A program made the position numbers and the translations under genes. Shown one piece after another: positions 1 through 10,087 of a DNA stretch of 64,000 nt. Positions within the stretch are counted from its first letter, which is position 1. Every line of letters begins with the position of its first letter. The notes beneath the pieces are model-generated. The model worked only from the letters and a program-made list of their open reading frames with translations, searched no databases and had not been told where the DNA came from. The DNA is from Pontiella sp. Lineage in GTDB: Bacteria; Verrucomicrobiota; Kiritimatiellia; Kiritimatiellales; Pontiellaceae. Location: contig JBNKHE010000003.1 of the NCBI GenBank assembly GCA_050290185.1, forward strand, positions 192,001 through 256,000. Direction: 5' to 3'.

Positions 1-1421
1 GTTTCCGGCATGTAAAGGTGAAGTATGCGGGGAGTCGTAACGCGGGGCTGGACAAGATCAAACTGCGGATTCGCCAAAGGCAACGTGTGGTGGCAACTGA
101 GGTGATCGAGGAAGAACAGCGCATTTTGAAACAGATTCAACGCTGGGGCTATCCGTTTCCAACGCTGGCGAAACGGACGGTGAATGTGGATCGGGACCAT
201 CATAAAGTGGACTTGACGCTGGTTTTTGATCCGGGGGGTTCGGCGAGCTTTGGCGAAGTTCGGGTGGAGGGTCTCGAAACGCTGGACGACAAATATATAC
301 AGCGACAGGTGCCCTGGCAGCTGGACGATCCGTATGATGCTAAGGAGCTTGATGATTTTGAACGCAAGCTCCTGGGGACGGGATTGTTTTCCTCCGTCCA
401 CGTTGGATTGCAGGAGTCAACGGTGGAAACCAATGCCATTCCTGTTCTGATCCGTTTGAGCGAACGCAGCAAGCGCACCATCCGCCTGGGAATCAACTAT
501 ACGGATACGGGGCCGGGGGCCAAGGGCTATTGGGAGCATCGCAGTTTGTTCGGGGGGGGCGAAAAGCTGGAAACTTCGCTGGAGTGGAATCCGATCAAGG
601 TGAACGGTAACGCCAAATTTACGCGGTCCGGCTTTCTGGATGCGAACCAGTATCTGGTGCTCATGCTTGACGGTACGCAGGATCGGCCGGATGCATACGA
701 TGCAAGCAAGGTAACTGGATCGGCCATGGTGCTTCGCGATTTTACATCGAGTCTGCAGGGTGGGCTTGGAGTGGGGTATAAATACTCGCGGGTCGAGCAA
801 CTCGCCACGGATGAACATTTTGCCCACGTTTTTCTTCCGTTGCAGCTGATCTTCGATAGCCGCAACGACAGGCTGAATCCAGTGCGCGGCATGAAACTGT
901 ACGGTCGGACCTCCTACTTCGACGATACACTGGGCGCCCAGTCGTTTCTTAAAACCCAGCTGGAAAACCGGCACTATTACATGCTGTCGGATCGATACCG
1001 GTTATCGAGTGCTTTGCGGTTGATGCTGGGCAGTATCGACGGAGCCGCCCTCGACGCGGTACCGGCCGATGAGCGGTTCTATGCCGGTGGTGGCGGGTCC
1101 ATACGCGGATACGAATATCAGCAGGTTGGCCCCCGGGAAAGCGGCGTGCCGACCGGCGGAGATAAAGCTGTGGAATTTTCGATGGAGCTACGTCTCCAAC
1201 CCGGTCGGAAGCTGGGCTATGTTGCATTTGTTGATGGAGGCACGGTGTATGACGAATCGTTTGATAATTATGACCGATCGCTTCGCTATGGTGCAGGCAT
1301 GGGTCTGCGCTGGTTTACCGCGATCGGTCCGTTGCGGGCGGACATTGCCTATCCGTTGAATCCATCCGCCGAGCAGGTGGAACGGGTTCAGTTTTATATC
1401 AGTCTGGGGCAGGCATTCTGA
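1..1421 (+). CDS. tamA: TamA/BamA-family (Omp85) outer-membrane assembly protein, 5'-truncated by window edge
   Basis: POTRA-like segment, ERFYAGGGGSIRGY motif, C-terminal YISLGQAF; frame open to window start; followed by TamB. Confidence 0.85.
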   Translation, partial: FRHVKVKYAGSRNAGLDKIKLRIRQRQRVVATEVIEEEQRILKQIQRWGYPFPTLAKRTVNVDRDHHKVDLTLVFDPGGSASFGEVRVEGLETLDDKYIQRQVPWQLDDPYDAKELDDFERKLLGTGLFSSVHVGLQESTVETNAIPVLIRLSERSKRTIRLGINYTDTGPGAKGYWEHRSLFGGGEKLETSLEWNPIKVNGNAKFTRSGFLDANQYLVLMLDGTQDRPDAYDASKVTGSAMVLRDFTSSLQGGLGVGYKYSRVEQLATDEHFAHVFLPLQLIFDSRNDRLNPVRGMKLYGRTSYFDDTLGAQSFLKTQLENRHYYMLSDRYRLSSALRLMLGSIDGAALDAVPADERFYAGGGGSIRGYEYQQVGPRESGVPTGGDKAVEFSMELRLQPGRKLGYVAFVDGGTVYDESFDNYDRSLRYGAGMGLRWFTAIGPLRADIAYPLNPSAEQVERVQFYISLGQAF

Positions 1422-4060
1422 TGAAAAGGCTGATCTTCACAATTTTGAAGAGTGCTGGCATGCTGGTGCTTCTTTTCCTTGTGCTTGCCGCCTTGTTTCA
1501 AACCACAAAGGGCAAGGAGATTCTGGCTTCCGCTTTATCGAAAGCCGCAAGCCGGTCGGCGAATGTTCAGGTTCATGTTGGACGAATAAGTGGATGGATT
1601 CCTCTGGCCGTACGTGTCGATAGCGTGGCGGTCGGAGATGAAAAGGGCTCATGGTTGATCGTGCGGAACCTGCGGGGCCGGTGGATGCTCAGAGATCTGC
1701 TTGATGGCACCATCCGGGTGGCAGGGCTGGGGGCGGACGAGATCGAATGGATTCGATTTCCTCAATCAAATAAAGGCCCGGAGGAATCGCGAGGAGGCGG
1801 TGGCCGTCTGGATGGTGCTGATATCGTTTTGCAAGGTTGGGAGATTGATCATCTTAAGCTGGGGCCGGCTTTGGCTGGAATTCCGCTCGAATACTCCGTC
1901 CGCTCCGGTGGCATTGTGATTTCGGGAGGAAAGCTTTCCGGCGATCTTGCCATCCGCGGCGATGCCGATGGCCGGGTGGATTTCGAAGCTTCGTTCGCCG
2001 ATCCGGATGATCGTCAACTGAGCCTGCACGCGGCGTTGGAGCAGATGAAGAATCCGACGTTAGGTATGGACCGTCTTTCAGGTTCCGTGGATGCAATAAT
2101 CGACGCGCGTGGAGTCAATGCCTCCATTGATGCCGATCTCGAACGGTCGGCGATGAAGGGCCATGTTTCCTCTCGGCTGCACTATGCGTCCAGGCTGTTG
2201 CATCTGGAAGGACTTCGATTTGATGGCCAGGGCTATGTGGCGCAAGGTGATCTTGATCTCGGGTTTTCGAATGGTCAGGTCGAGGCGTCCATTGATGCTT
2301 TGCTGATCGATGCGAAAGAGCGGGGGTATACGTTGCAGGGCACGGCGCATATGGATATGGGCAATAAGACCTGGTCTGTGGATGTGCCTGCCATGAACGT
2401 TTGTGCATGGGACACCGTTTCCATGTCGCTGACCGGTCGCTTCGATGCACAGCAGGTCGATCTGGTTGCGACGCTGGCCGAGTTCGATCTGGGTACTTTG
2501 CCATACTCGCCGACATCCAATTATACGGGCCGAGTGAGCGGAAACCTGTCGGTCCGTGGGGCTCCTGCATCGCCGGAGTTGAACGCGGCGCTGGAGGTGG
2601 ATCGGTTAGGCCGCGCATCAAGAGCTCTGGATGAGCTTCCGAAACTCGATTTCCGCATTGATGCAAGCCTATCCGGTGGCGAGCTGTCTGCTTCGACTTC
2701 AATGACGAATTTTATCAGCGGTTATCTGGTTGCCGATGCTTCCATGCCGTGCCGCTTCTCGATTGTTCCTTTTGGCTTCGATGCCGATTCGGGCAAGGTG
2801 GACGGGGCACTCGATGCGATTCTGGATCTGGATGTTTTCAATGGGCTGGCGGTTCTGGATAACCAATTGGTCCGTGGAGTTCTTTCGGCTGAGCTCAATA
2901 TGGAGGACAGCGTCCCTTCGGGTTTCATCCGGCTGGAAAAAGGCGGCTATGAACATTATGCATGGGGACTTCTATTTCAGGACTTTCAAGGCATTCTGAC
3001 GGTCACGCCCGCGGGATTCGAGATCGGCAATACCAAAGCCACGGATGGAGCAGGGGGGCGGTTGATCCTGTCCGGTGGCATGGCCGGCGATCAGCTGGAT
3101 GTATCACTAGCCCTGACCCATGCGAAAGTCCTTCGGCGCCCTGAAGCAGAGGCCGTTATGTCCGGCAGTCTGAAACTTGCGGGTCCGTTAGCGCGTCCGG
3201 AACTTACCGGGAAGCTGGTGGTGGATCGCGCCGATTTGCTTCCCGATAATATCGTGCCGCGCCTGCCGCCCGTGCTGGAAGATTTTGATGCGGCGGATGA
3301 AAGGGAATCGATTCGCCTCGAAAAAAGGAGCAGGCCTTTTCCGATCGGCATGGATGTGAAGCTTGAGATGTCGGATCAGATCTATGTGGTCGCTTCGCTC
3401 ATCGATTCGGTGTGGGGTGGGTCCCTGCGTTTACGAGATACGCCAAAGGGTGTGTGGCTCAAAGGGGGCATTGAACCTCGCCGCGGTCATGTGGATTTTG
3501 TCGGAAAAAAATTCCGTTTGGTGGATGGGATGGTCGAACTGGATAATGTGGTGCATCCGGTTCCCGTGATGAACAACCTTACTGCAGAATATGCACGCAG
3601 CGATCTCTCTGCGCGATTGATTCTGAACGGGAGTGTTAACAGTCCTCAATACCGGTTGGAGTCGACGCCGGCATTTCCGGAGGACGAAATTCTTTCCCGA
3701 ATTCTTTTCGGGCGGGAGGCCAGTACGATTACTTCCTATCAGGCGGTTCAAATCGCCATAGCTGCGCAACAGTTGTCGGGCGGATTGAATGGCCCGGGAT
3801 TCATGTACCAGTTCCGCAACGCGGTGGGCGTGGATACTCTGGAGTGGCGCGAGGCCGAAACCGGTGATGGATCTTCCGCGGTGGCGGCCGGTAAATACGT
3901 TACCCCGGAATTGTATGTTGAAGTGAGCAGTACATTTGGTACGGAAGCGCAAACGGATCTGACTGCGGAATACGAAATCAACCGTCATTTTTCGATTGAA
4001 ACCAGTGCTGGGCCAAGACTTAGACCCGGGATTGGATTGAACTGGAAGAACGATTATTAA
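1421..4060 (+). CDS. tamB: TamB/AsmA-like translocation and assembly module protein (DUF490 C-terminus)
   Basis: N-terminal TM anchor, C-terminal ...AGKYVTPELYVE...WKNDY typical of TamB; overlaps tamA stop. Confidence 0.8.
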   Translation: MKRLIFTILKSAGMLVLLFLVLAALFQTTKGKEILASALSKAASRSANVQVHVGRISGWIPLAVRVDSVAVGDEKGSWLIVRNLRGRWMLRDLLDGTIRVAGLGADEIEWIRFPQSNKGPEESRGGGGRLDGADIVLQGWEIDHLKLGPALAGIPLEYSVRSGGIVISGGKLSGDLAIRGDADGRVDFEASFADPDDRQLSLHAALEQMKNPTLGMDRLSGSVDAIIDARGVNASIDADLERSAMKGHVSSRLHYASRLLHLEGLRFDGQGYVAQGDLDLGFSNGQVEASIDALLIDAKERGYTLQGTAHMDMGNKTWSVDVPAMNVCAWDTVSMSLTGRFDAQQVDLVATLAEFDLGTLPYSPTSNYTGRVSGNLSVRGAPASPELNAALEVDRLGRASRALDELPKLDFRIDASLSGGELSASTSMTNFISGYLVADASMPCRFSIVPFGFDADSGKVDGALDAILDLDVFNGLAVLDNQLVRGVLSAELNMEDSVPSGFIRLEKGGYEHYAWGLLFQDFQGILTVTPAGFEIGNTKATDGAGGRLILSGGMAGDQLDVSLALTHAKVLRRPEAEAVMSGSLKLAGPLARPELTGKLVVDRADLLPDNIVPRLPPVLEDFDAADERESIRLEKRSRPFPIGMDVKLEMSDQIYVVASLIDSVWGGSLRLRDTPKGVWLKGGIEPRRGHVDFVGKKFRLVDGMVELDNVVHPVPVMNNLTAEYARSDLSARLILNGSVNSPQYRLESTPAFPEDEILSRILFGREASTITSYQAVQIAIAAQQLSGGLNGPGFMYQFRNAVGVDTLEWREAETGDGSSAVAAGKYVTPELYVEVSSTFGTEAQTDLTAEYEINRHFSIETSAGPRLRPGIGLNWKNDY

Positions 4061-4224
4061 GAGCTTTTTTCGCCATTAGACTGGTCGAATAAATAAAATT
4101 TCGGCAGGTCTAATAAGCCTCAAAAGCCGTACCGCATTTTCAGTAAATACACTTGACGGACAAAGCTCTCACCATTTATACATGATAAAAATCATAACAA
4201 AATGACGTTTTAAGGAGATCCTTC

Positions 4225-4662
4225 ATGAAATTATCCACAAAAGGGCGTTACGCCACCCGAATCCTACTCTGTATTTCGCGATTGGAGGGAGAACAACCCG
4301 TACCGAAAAAGAGGATAGCGGAGCAGGAAGGAATTTCAACCGACTACATTGAGCAGATCATTGTTCCGCTAAAGAACGCAGGATTGGTCAACAGCGTCCG
4401 CGGATTGCGTGGTGGATTCCGGTTGGCGAAAGACGCCGGCAAGATCACCGTTTACGATATCCTTGCTGCCTCCGAGGGCGATATCAACCTCGTAGGTTGC
4501 CTTGCCGAAGGTTGCAGCCGTTCCGATAGTTGTGTCGTTCAGCGCGTGTGGCAGGGGGCCAGCGATGTCCTACGGGACTATTTTTCCAAGATCACGCTGC
4601 GCGAACTGCACGACGACTATATCAAGCGCGTGGCTGACGAACCGATCATGTTCAATATTTAA
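4225..4662 (+). CDS. Rrf2-family transcriptional regulator (IscR/CymR-like)
   Basis: MKLSTKGRYA..., SVRGLRGGFRL wing motif, three Cys (CLAEGCSRSDSC); upstream of cysK. Confidence 0.9.
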   Translation: MKLSTKGRYATRILLCISRLEGEQPVPKKRIAEQEGISTDYIEQIIVPLKNAGLVNSVRGLRGGFRLAKDAGKITVYDILAASEGDINLVGCLAEGCSRSDSCVVQRVWQGASDVLRDYFSKITLRELHDDYIKRVADEPIMFNI

Positions 4663-4680
4663 ATAAAAGGAGACGAAATT

Positions 4681-5607
4681 ATGCCTATCTATAATAACAT
4701 TACCGAAACCATTGGAAATACCCCTCTGGTCAAGCTGAACCGCATTAGCGAAGGGCTGCCCGCCACGGTGGCCGTCAAGCTTGAGTCGCGCAATCCGCTC
4801 TCCAGCGTTAAGGACCGTATCGGTGCTGCGATGATTGACGCCGCCGAAGCAAAAGGTCTGATCAAGCCCGGCTCCACCCTTATCGAGCCGACCAGTGGAA
4901 ACACCGGTATCGCCTTGGCCTTCGTGGCAGCCGCAAAAGGCTATAAACTGATTCTTACGATGCCGGAAAGCATGAGCCTTGAACGCCGCCGTCTTCTTCA
5001 GGTGCTGGGTGCCGAACTGGTTCTCACGCCAGCAGAAAAAGGCATGCCCGGGGCTATCGCCGCGGCCGCCGAACTGGTTGAAAAAAATCCGAATGCCATT
5101 ATGTTGCAGCAGTTTGATAATCCGGCAAACCCCGAGATCCACCGTACCACCACCGCGGAGGAAATTTGGAAGGATACCGAAGGCAAGATCGATATTTTCG
5201 TGGCCGGCGTGGGGACGGGCGGCACGCTTACCGGTGTGGCGTCTGCCATCAAGGAAAAGAAACCCGAACTCAAGGCGGTTGCCGTTGAGCCGGAAAAATC
5301 TCCAGTCATATCGGGTGGCAAGCCGGGGGCCCACAAAATCCAGGGTATCGGGGCCGGTTTTATTCCGAACAATCTGGATACCAGCCTGATCGATGAGATT
5401 GTACTCATCAACGGCGACGAAGCCGGAGCCATGTCCCGTCGTCTCGCCAAGGAGGAAGGCATCCTCTGCGGTATTTCGGCCGGCGGCAATGTGCATGCTG
5501 CCGTGGAGCTGGCGAAGCGCCCTGAAAACGCAGGCAAGTTGATCGTCACGGTCATTTGCGACACGGGTGAACGTTATCTGTCCACCTGGTTGTTCGAAGA
5601 TAAGTAA
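4681..5607 (+). CDS. cysK: Cysteine synthase A
   Basis: SVKDRIG PLP-lysine motif, [22 protein letters not shown]. Confidence 0.95.
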   Translation: MPIYNNITETIGNTPLVKLNRISEGLPATVAVKLESRNPLSSVKDRIGAAMIDAAEAKGLIKPGSTLIEPTSGNTGIALAFVAAAKGYKLILTMPESMSLERRRLLQVLGAELVLTPAEKGMPGAIAAAAELVEKNPNAIMLQQFDNPANPEIHRTTTAEEIWKDTEGKIDIFVAGVGTGGTLTGVASAIKEKKPELKAVAVEPEKSPVISGGKPGAHKIQGIGAGFIPNNLDTSLIDEIVLINGDEAGAMSRRLAKEEGILCGISAGGNVHAAVELAKRPENAGKLIVTVICDTGERYLSTWLFEDK

Positions 5608-5627
5608 GCGCAATGCAATATGGAGAG

Positions 5628-5665
5628 AAACGCCGGAAACGTCTCAACGACGTCCGGCGTTTTTC
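5628..5665 (+). terminator. Intrinsic terminator after cysK
   Basis: AAACGCCGGA...TCCGGCGTTTTT inverted repeat with T-run. Confidence 0.7.
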
Positions 5666-5699
5666 GTTGGTACTGGAATCATGAATGCAGGGAGAGACC

Positions 5700-6515
5700 A
5701 TGCCCGAACTTCCGGAAGTTGAAACCATTGCGCGGCAATTGCGGTCCCGTGGTGTTGAAGGTCGCAGGATCCAATCGGTTCAGATCAACTGGCAACGCAC
5801 GGTTGAGCCATTGTCGATTGAGCAGTTTTCCCGGTCTCTGACCGGAACCACCATCGACGAAATATCGCGTGTAGGGAAATGGATGCTGTTTTCGCTCGGC
5901 TCCGGGCAGACGCTGATGATCCATTTGCGCATGGCGGGTTCCTTCTCCATGGAAAAAGGGCATCATGATCGCATCGTATTGGAACTGTCAGACGGGTTGA
6001 CCCTTTATTACAGGGATACGCGCAAGTTTGGACGATGGAAGCTGGTAGATGATCCGTTGATCATTCTCGGCAGGCTGGGACCCGATGCGTTGACCAGGCA
6101 GTTCTCGTTGCAATATTTTTCAACTGCAATGCGGAGGCGTCACCGGATGATCAAGCCATTAATTCTCGACCAGTCCATGGTGGCAGGGCTGGGGAACATC
6201 TATGCGGACGAGGCTTTATGGGAATCAAAAATCCATCCGGAGCGCTTGTCCGACTCGCTTTCCGATGACGAGCTCGCGACGCTCTACAAGGCGATCCGGC
6301 ATGTCTTGCGCGTGGGCATCAGGAATCGAGGGACATCGCTGGGTGATGGAAAAACCAACTATCGTGACGTGGAAGGGGAGTCTGGCGGGCACCGCGAACA
6401 GGTAAAGGCGTACGGTCGGGGCGGAAACCCATGTATCCGGTGCAAAACCACCCTCGAAAAGACGGTGGTTGCCCAGCGTGGAACGACCTATTGCCCGGTC
6501 TGCCAAACCATTTGA
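5700..6515 (+). CDS. mutM: Formamidopyrimidine-DNA glycosylase
   Basis: N-terminal MPELPEVET, HLRMAG, GLGNIYADE, C-terminal zinc finger CIRC...CPVCQ. Confidence 0.95.
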   Translation: MPELPEVETIARQLRSRGVEGRRIQSVQINWQRTVEPLSIEQFSRSLTGTTIDEISRVGKWMLFSLGSGQTLMIHLRMAGSFSMEKGHHDRIVLELSDGLTLYYRDTRKFGRWKLVDDPLIILGRLGPDALTRQFSLQYFSTAMRRRHRMIKPLILDQSMVAGLGNIYADEALWESKIHPERLSDSLSDDELATLYKAIRHVLRVGIRNRGTSLGDGKTNYRDVEGESGGHREQVKAYGRGGNPCIRCKTTLEKTVVAQRGTTYCPVCQTI

Positions 6516-6638
6516 GTCAATAAATACAAGGGTTTTGTTAAATCATTAAAAAAGTATCCATATTCCTGTTTACAATCCGGACGAAAGTGGTACGGTATCG
6601 TCGTTTTAGGAAACAAATCAACGAGAAGGAGCTAGGCG

Positions 6639-7202
6639 ATGGTTAAAGTTGGACAAGAAGTACCTGATTTCGCAATAAGCGTTTATCAAAACGATGAAAT
6701 CAAGGAAGTGAAGCTTTCAGACTACAAAGGAAAATGGGTTGTACTCGTTTTTTATCCGGCCGACTTCACATTTGTATGCCCGACCGAGCTCGAAGATGTT
6801 GCCGCTCTATATCCGAAGTTTCAGGCTGCCGGCGCGGAAGTGATCAGCGTCAGCACTGATACCGCTTTTGTTCACAAGGCATGGCACGATAACTCCGAAG
6901 CCATCGGCAAGGTTGACTATCCGATGGGTGCCGATCCGACAGGTTCCGTAAGCAAGCTCTTCGATGTCTACATCGACAGTGAAGGTCTGGCACTTCGCGG
7001 CACCTTCATCATCGATCCCAACGGAGTTCTAAAGACCGCCGAGATTCATGATCTTGGTATTGGCCGAAGCGCAGAGGAAGCCCTCCGCAAGCTCGAAGCC
7101 GCAAATTTTGTACACGAAAACGGCGATCAGGTTTGCCCTGCAAACTGGAAGCCGGGTGCCGATACCCTCACGCCGGGTCTCGACCTCGTAGGAAAGATCT
7201 AA
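6639..7202 (+). CDS. ahpC: 2-Cys peroxiredoxin (alkyl hydroperoxide reductase C)
   Basis: FYPADFTFVCPTE and VCPANW motifs. Confidence 0.95.
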   Translation: MVKVGQEVPDFAISVYQNDEIKEVKLSDYKGKWVVLVFYPADFTFVCPTELEDVAALYPKFQAAGAEVISVSTDTAFVHKAWHDNSEAIGKVDYPMGADPTGSVSKLFDVYIDSEGLALRGTFIIDPNGVLKTAEIHDLGIGRSAEEALRKLEAANFVHENGDQVCPANWKPGADTLTPGLDLVGKI

Positions 7203-7234
7203 CTTCCCCTGGTTAGTTAACACACCCCACCCCA

Positions 7235-7273
7235 TGGGGGCGGCCCGCAACGGGCCGCCCCCAATTTTTTTTT
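7235..7273 (+). terminator. Intrinsic terminator after ahpC
   Basis: TGGGGGCGGCCCG-CAA-CGGGCCGCCCCCA followed by T-run. Confidence 0.9.
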
Positions 7274-7330
7274 ATGGGTTTTCCTCATGGAGGCGGTTTC
7301 TGGTTTCCCCGTTCTCAAAATCCGATTAAC

Positions 7331-8764
7331 ATGGCTTCCATGTGTAGGCGATCATCAAAACAGATATCAGTGACATTAGGGGTTGCGGGCATGTTCCTGT
7401 TGCTGTCCGGATGTTGCTCGCGGATGGAGGACCTCGGGCTGGCCTATTCCGGCGAAACGCAGGCGGATCATGTGCAGTTGCTGGTGGATGAGGCATGGAT
7501 GGATGAATCGGGCACACGCCAGGTACATCAGGAAATCTTCGACGCTGTATTTGAAATTATTGATGAGGCGGAGGGATTCATTCTGCTCGATTTCTTTCTT
7601 GTCAACGACTTCATGTACGAAGCCGGGCCCGGCATGCGGCCGCTAAGCCAGGAGATTGCGGATCACCTGTTGGCCAAACGCAGGGCTAGTCCCGCTGTGA
7701 AAATCATTTTTATCACTGATCCGATCAACACGATTTATGGATCAATGGAATCGCCGCAGTTCAAGGCCATGCAAGAAGCCGGGATCCAGATAGTTTGGAC
7801 GGAACTGAATCAGTTGCGCGATAGCAATCCCATTTATTCAAAGCCTTGGAGGCTGCTGGTTAAACCATGGGGTGTAGCACCGGGCGATACGCTGTCAAAT
7901 CCCTTGGGCGAGGGCCGTGTGTCGTTGCGCAGCATGCTGAAACTACTTAACTTTAAAGCGAACCACCGCAAACTGGTGGTCACGGAAAAGTCGTTGCTGG
8001 TCGCCAGTGCCAATCCGCACAGTGCCAGTAGTGCGCACTGGAACGTGGCACTGCGGATCGACGGTGCAGGGATGGAGCTCGGATGTGAATCGGAGTCCGC
8101 TATTCTGCGAATGTCGGGGCAGAAGACCTTTCATCCTGATGCTGGAACCACAGCGCCTGCCGCCGGACATTCATCGCCCTATAAAATCGAACTGCTCACC
8201 GAACAGAAGATTGAAGACCGGGTGGTGGATCTGTTGGATCATGCGCAACCGGGGAGCCGTATTGATCTGGGTATGTTTTATTTCTCCGACCGCCATGTGA
8301 ACGATGCGCTGCTTGATGCAAAGAGACGTGGTTGCGATGTGCGGGTCATTCTCGATCCGAACAAGGATGCGTTCGGGCGCACTAAAAACGGCATTCCAAA
8401 CCGGCAGACTGCTGCGAAGCTGGTCCATGCCGGCATCCCGTTGCGCTGGGCCGATACCCACGGCGAGCAATTTCATGTCAAAATTCTCTATGTCGAGCAT
8501 CCCGGTAACACTGCTACGGTACTGCTGGGTTCATGCAACTTTACCCGCCGCAACATGGACAACTTCAATGCAGAGTGCAGTATGGCGTGCACCGCCTCTA
8601 TGGATAGCGAAGTGATGGGGCGGGTGCGGGATACCTTCGAGCGATGGTGGAGCAACCCGGGCAGCCGCCTCTATACTGCGGAGTATTCCACCTACGCCGA
8701 TCCTTCGCGCATTCGTAAACTTCGCGAATGGCTCATGGAGACCACTGGCCTCAGTAGCTTTTGA
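7331..8764 (+). CDS. Phospholipase D-family lipoprotein
   Basis: Lipobox LLLSGC; two HxK motifs (HRKLVVTE, HVKILYVE) with downstream SAN/GSCN; start codon uncertain. Confidence 0.8.
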   Translation: MASMCRRSSKQISVTLGVAGMFLLLSGCCSRMEDLGLAYSGETQADHVQLLVDEAWMDESGTRQVHQEIFDAVFEIIDEAEGFILLDFFLVNDFMYEAGPGMRPLSQEIADHLLAKRRASPAVKIIFITDPINTIYGSMESPQFKAMQEAGIQIVWTELNQLRDSNPIYSKPWRLLVKPWGVAPGDTLSNPLGEGRVSLRSMLKLLNFKANHRKLVVTEKSLLVASANPHSASSAHWNVALRIDGAGMELGCESESAILRMSGQKTFHPDAGTTAPAAGHSSPYKIELLTEQKIEDRVVDLLDHAQPGSRIDLGMFYFSDRHVNDALLDAKRRGCDVRVILDPNKDAFGRTKNGIPNRQTAAKLVHAGIPLRWADTHGEQFHVKILYVEHPGNTATVLLGSCNFTRRNMDNFNAECSMACTASMDSEVMGRVRDTFERWWSNPGSRLYTAEYSTYADPSRIRKLREWLMETTGLSSF

Positions 8765-8897
8765 CGATGGTGTCCTGGATCCGGTAATGGCGAGTGTGTC
8801 TTTAGTGCCAAAACCTTATGGTGTTTGTGGCGGGGGCATAGGATGTCCCCCAAGGCCTTGGGATCTGCGCCGTGCGTGCGCCGAGATGGTGGACCCA

Positions 8898-9980
8898 TCA
8901 ACGCATGCGGTGGATTTCGGTGGCGCCGATGGTCGTGAAGACAATGATGGCAGTCCATGCTCCGGCCCATGGGGCGAGGATCATCTGTTTGGCAAGGTAT
9001 TCCATGGTGAACTGAAGACCGTAGAATCCAAAGAACATGCCAATGGCAAGCATGATGCCGGCGAGGGCGCCTTTGCGTCCGGTGTGTGCGCCGACGGGGA
9101 TGCCGATGATGGTGGCGATGATGCAGATGAAGGGCATGGTAAGCTTGTGGTGGAAGTCCACTTCGAGTGCGTTGAGGGTTTCGGGGGAGAGAAACTGGTG
9201 GGTACTGATGTATTTCCGGAGTTCGAGCGAAGACTGGAACTGGGCGGATTTGGCTTCGCCCATAAAGTCTTCCGGGACTTCGGGGAGATTGCGCATTTCC
9301 TTGGTAAGGAATGATTCGGGTAGACCCAACCGGTTGTTATTTTCGTCGAACTTCTGAATGGTGCCGTCTTCGAACCACCAACGGTGATCGAGCCATTGCC
9401 CTTTACGGGCCGTGATTTTGAACTCGTCGGATCCATCGGGCCTGGTTTTCGTGAGGGAGATGCCGCGCATGGTGAAGGTGCGCGTGTCGAAATTTTCGAT
9501 ATACCAGCTGTGTCCAGCGGAAGGGTTTTCGAAGGGGATTTGCTCGAAGTAGGCCTCTTCGGAGTCATCCGTGTGGCTTTTGAGCAGTTGGTTGGCGCGG
9601 TAGGCGAACTTCGGGCCGGTGTATTCGTTGACCACGGCGGTAAGGCCGAAGCAGATGATCCCCATGAGCAGATAGGGGCGGACAATGCGGTAGATGCTGA
9701 CGCCGCTGGCGCGCATGGCCGTGATTTCGCTGTGTCGAGTAAGCATGGACAGGCTGTAGAGGGTGGCGAGCAACAGGCAGATCGGCACGATGAAAATGAC
9801 CATGGAAGGGAGCTGAAGGCTGTAGTAGTGGAGCGCCATAGAAAAGGACGCATCGGTGCGGAGCAACTCGGTGGCATTGTCCATGAGGTCGGCGATGATA
9901 AAGAGTAGCGTGAAGGCCAGCAGCAGGTAGAGCAGGGGCTTCAGCAAATTTATAAACAGGTGTCTGACGAGTATATTCAT
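8898..9980 (-). CDS. LptF/LptG-family LPS export permease
   Basis: 3 TM + periplasmic beta domain + 3 TM; SEITAMRASGVS motif. Confidence 0.9.
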   Translation of the reverse strand: MNILVRHLFINLLKPLLYLLLAFTLLFIIADLMDNATELLRTDASFSMALHYYSLQLPSMVIFIVPICLLLATLYSLSMLTRHSEITAMRASGVSIYRIVRPYLLMGIICFGLTAVVNEYTGPKFAYRANQLLKSHTDDSEEAYFEQIPFENPSAGHSWYIENFDTRTFTMRGISLTKTRPDGSDEFKITARKGQWLDHRWWFEDGTIQKFDENNNRLGLPESFLTKEMRNLPEVPEDFMGEAKSAQFQSSLELRKYISTHQFLSPETLNALEVDFHHKLTMPFICIIATIIGIPVGAHTGRKGALAGIMLAIGMFFGFYGLQFTMEYLAKQMILAPWAGAWTAIIVFTTIGATEIHRMR

Positions 9981-10087
9981 AGTATGGATGGGCAGTACGG
10001 TAGCGGTAAAACCGGAGTACGGCAAGCGTTGAAAAGCGGATGGAGTGCGTGTAGGGTCAGCGCAATCAACAAGGAGTTTTTTTTACT

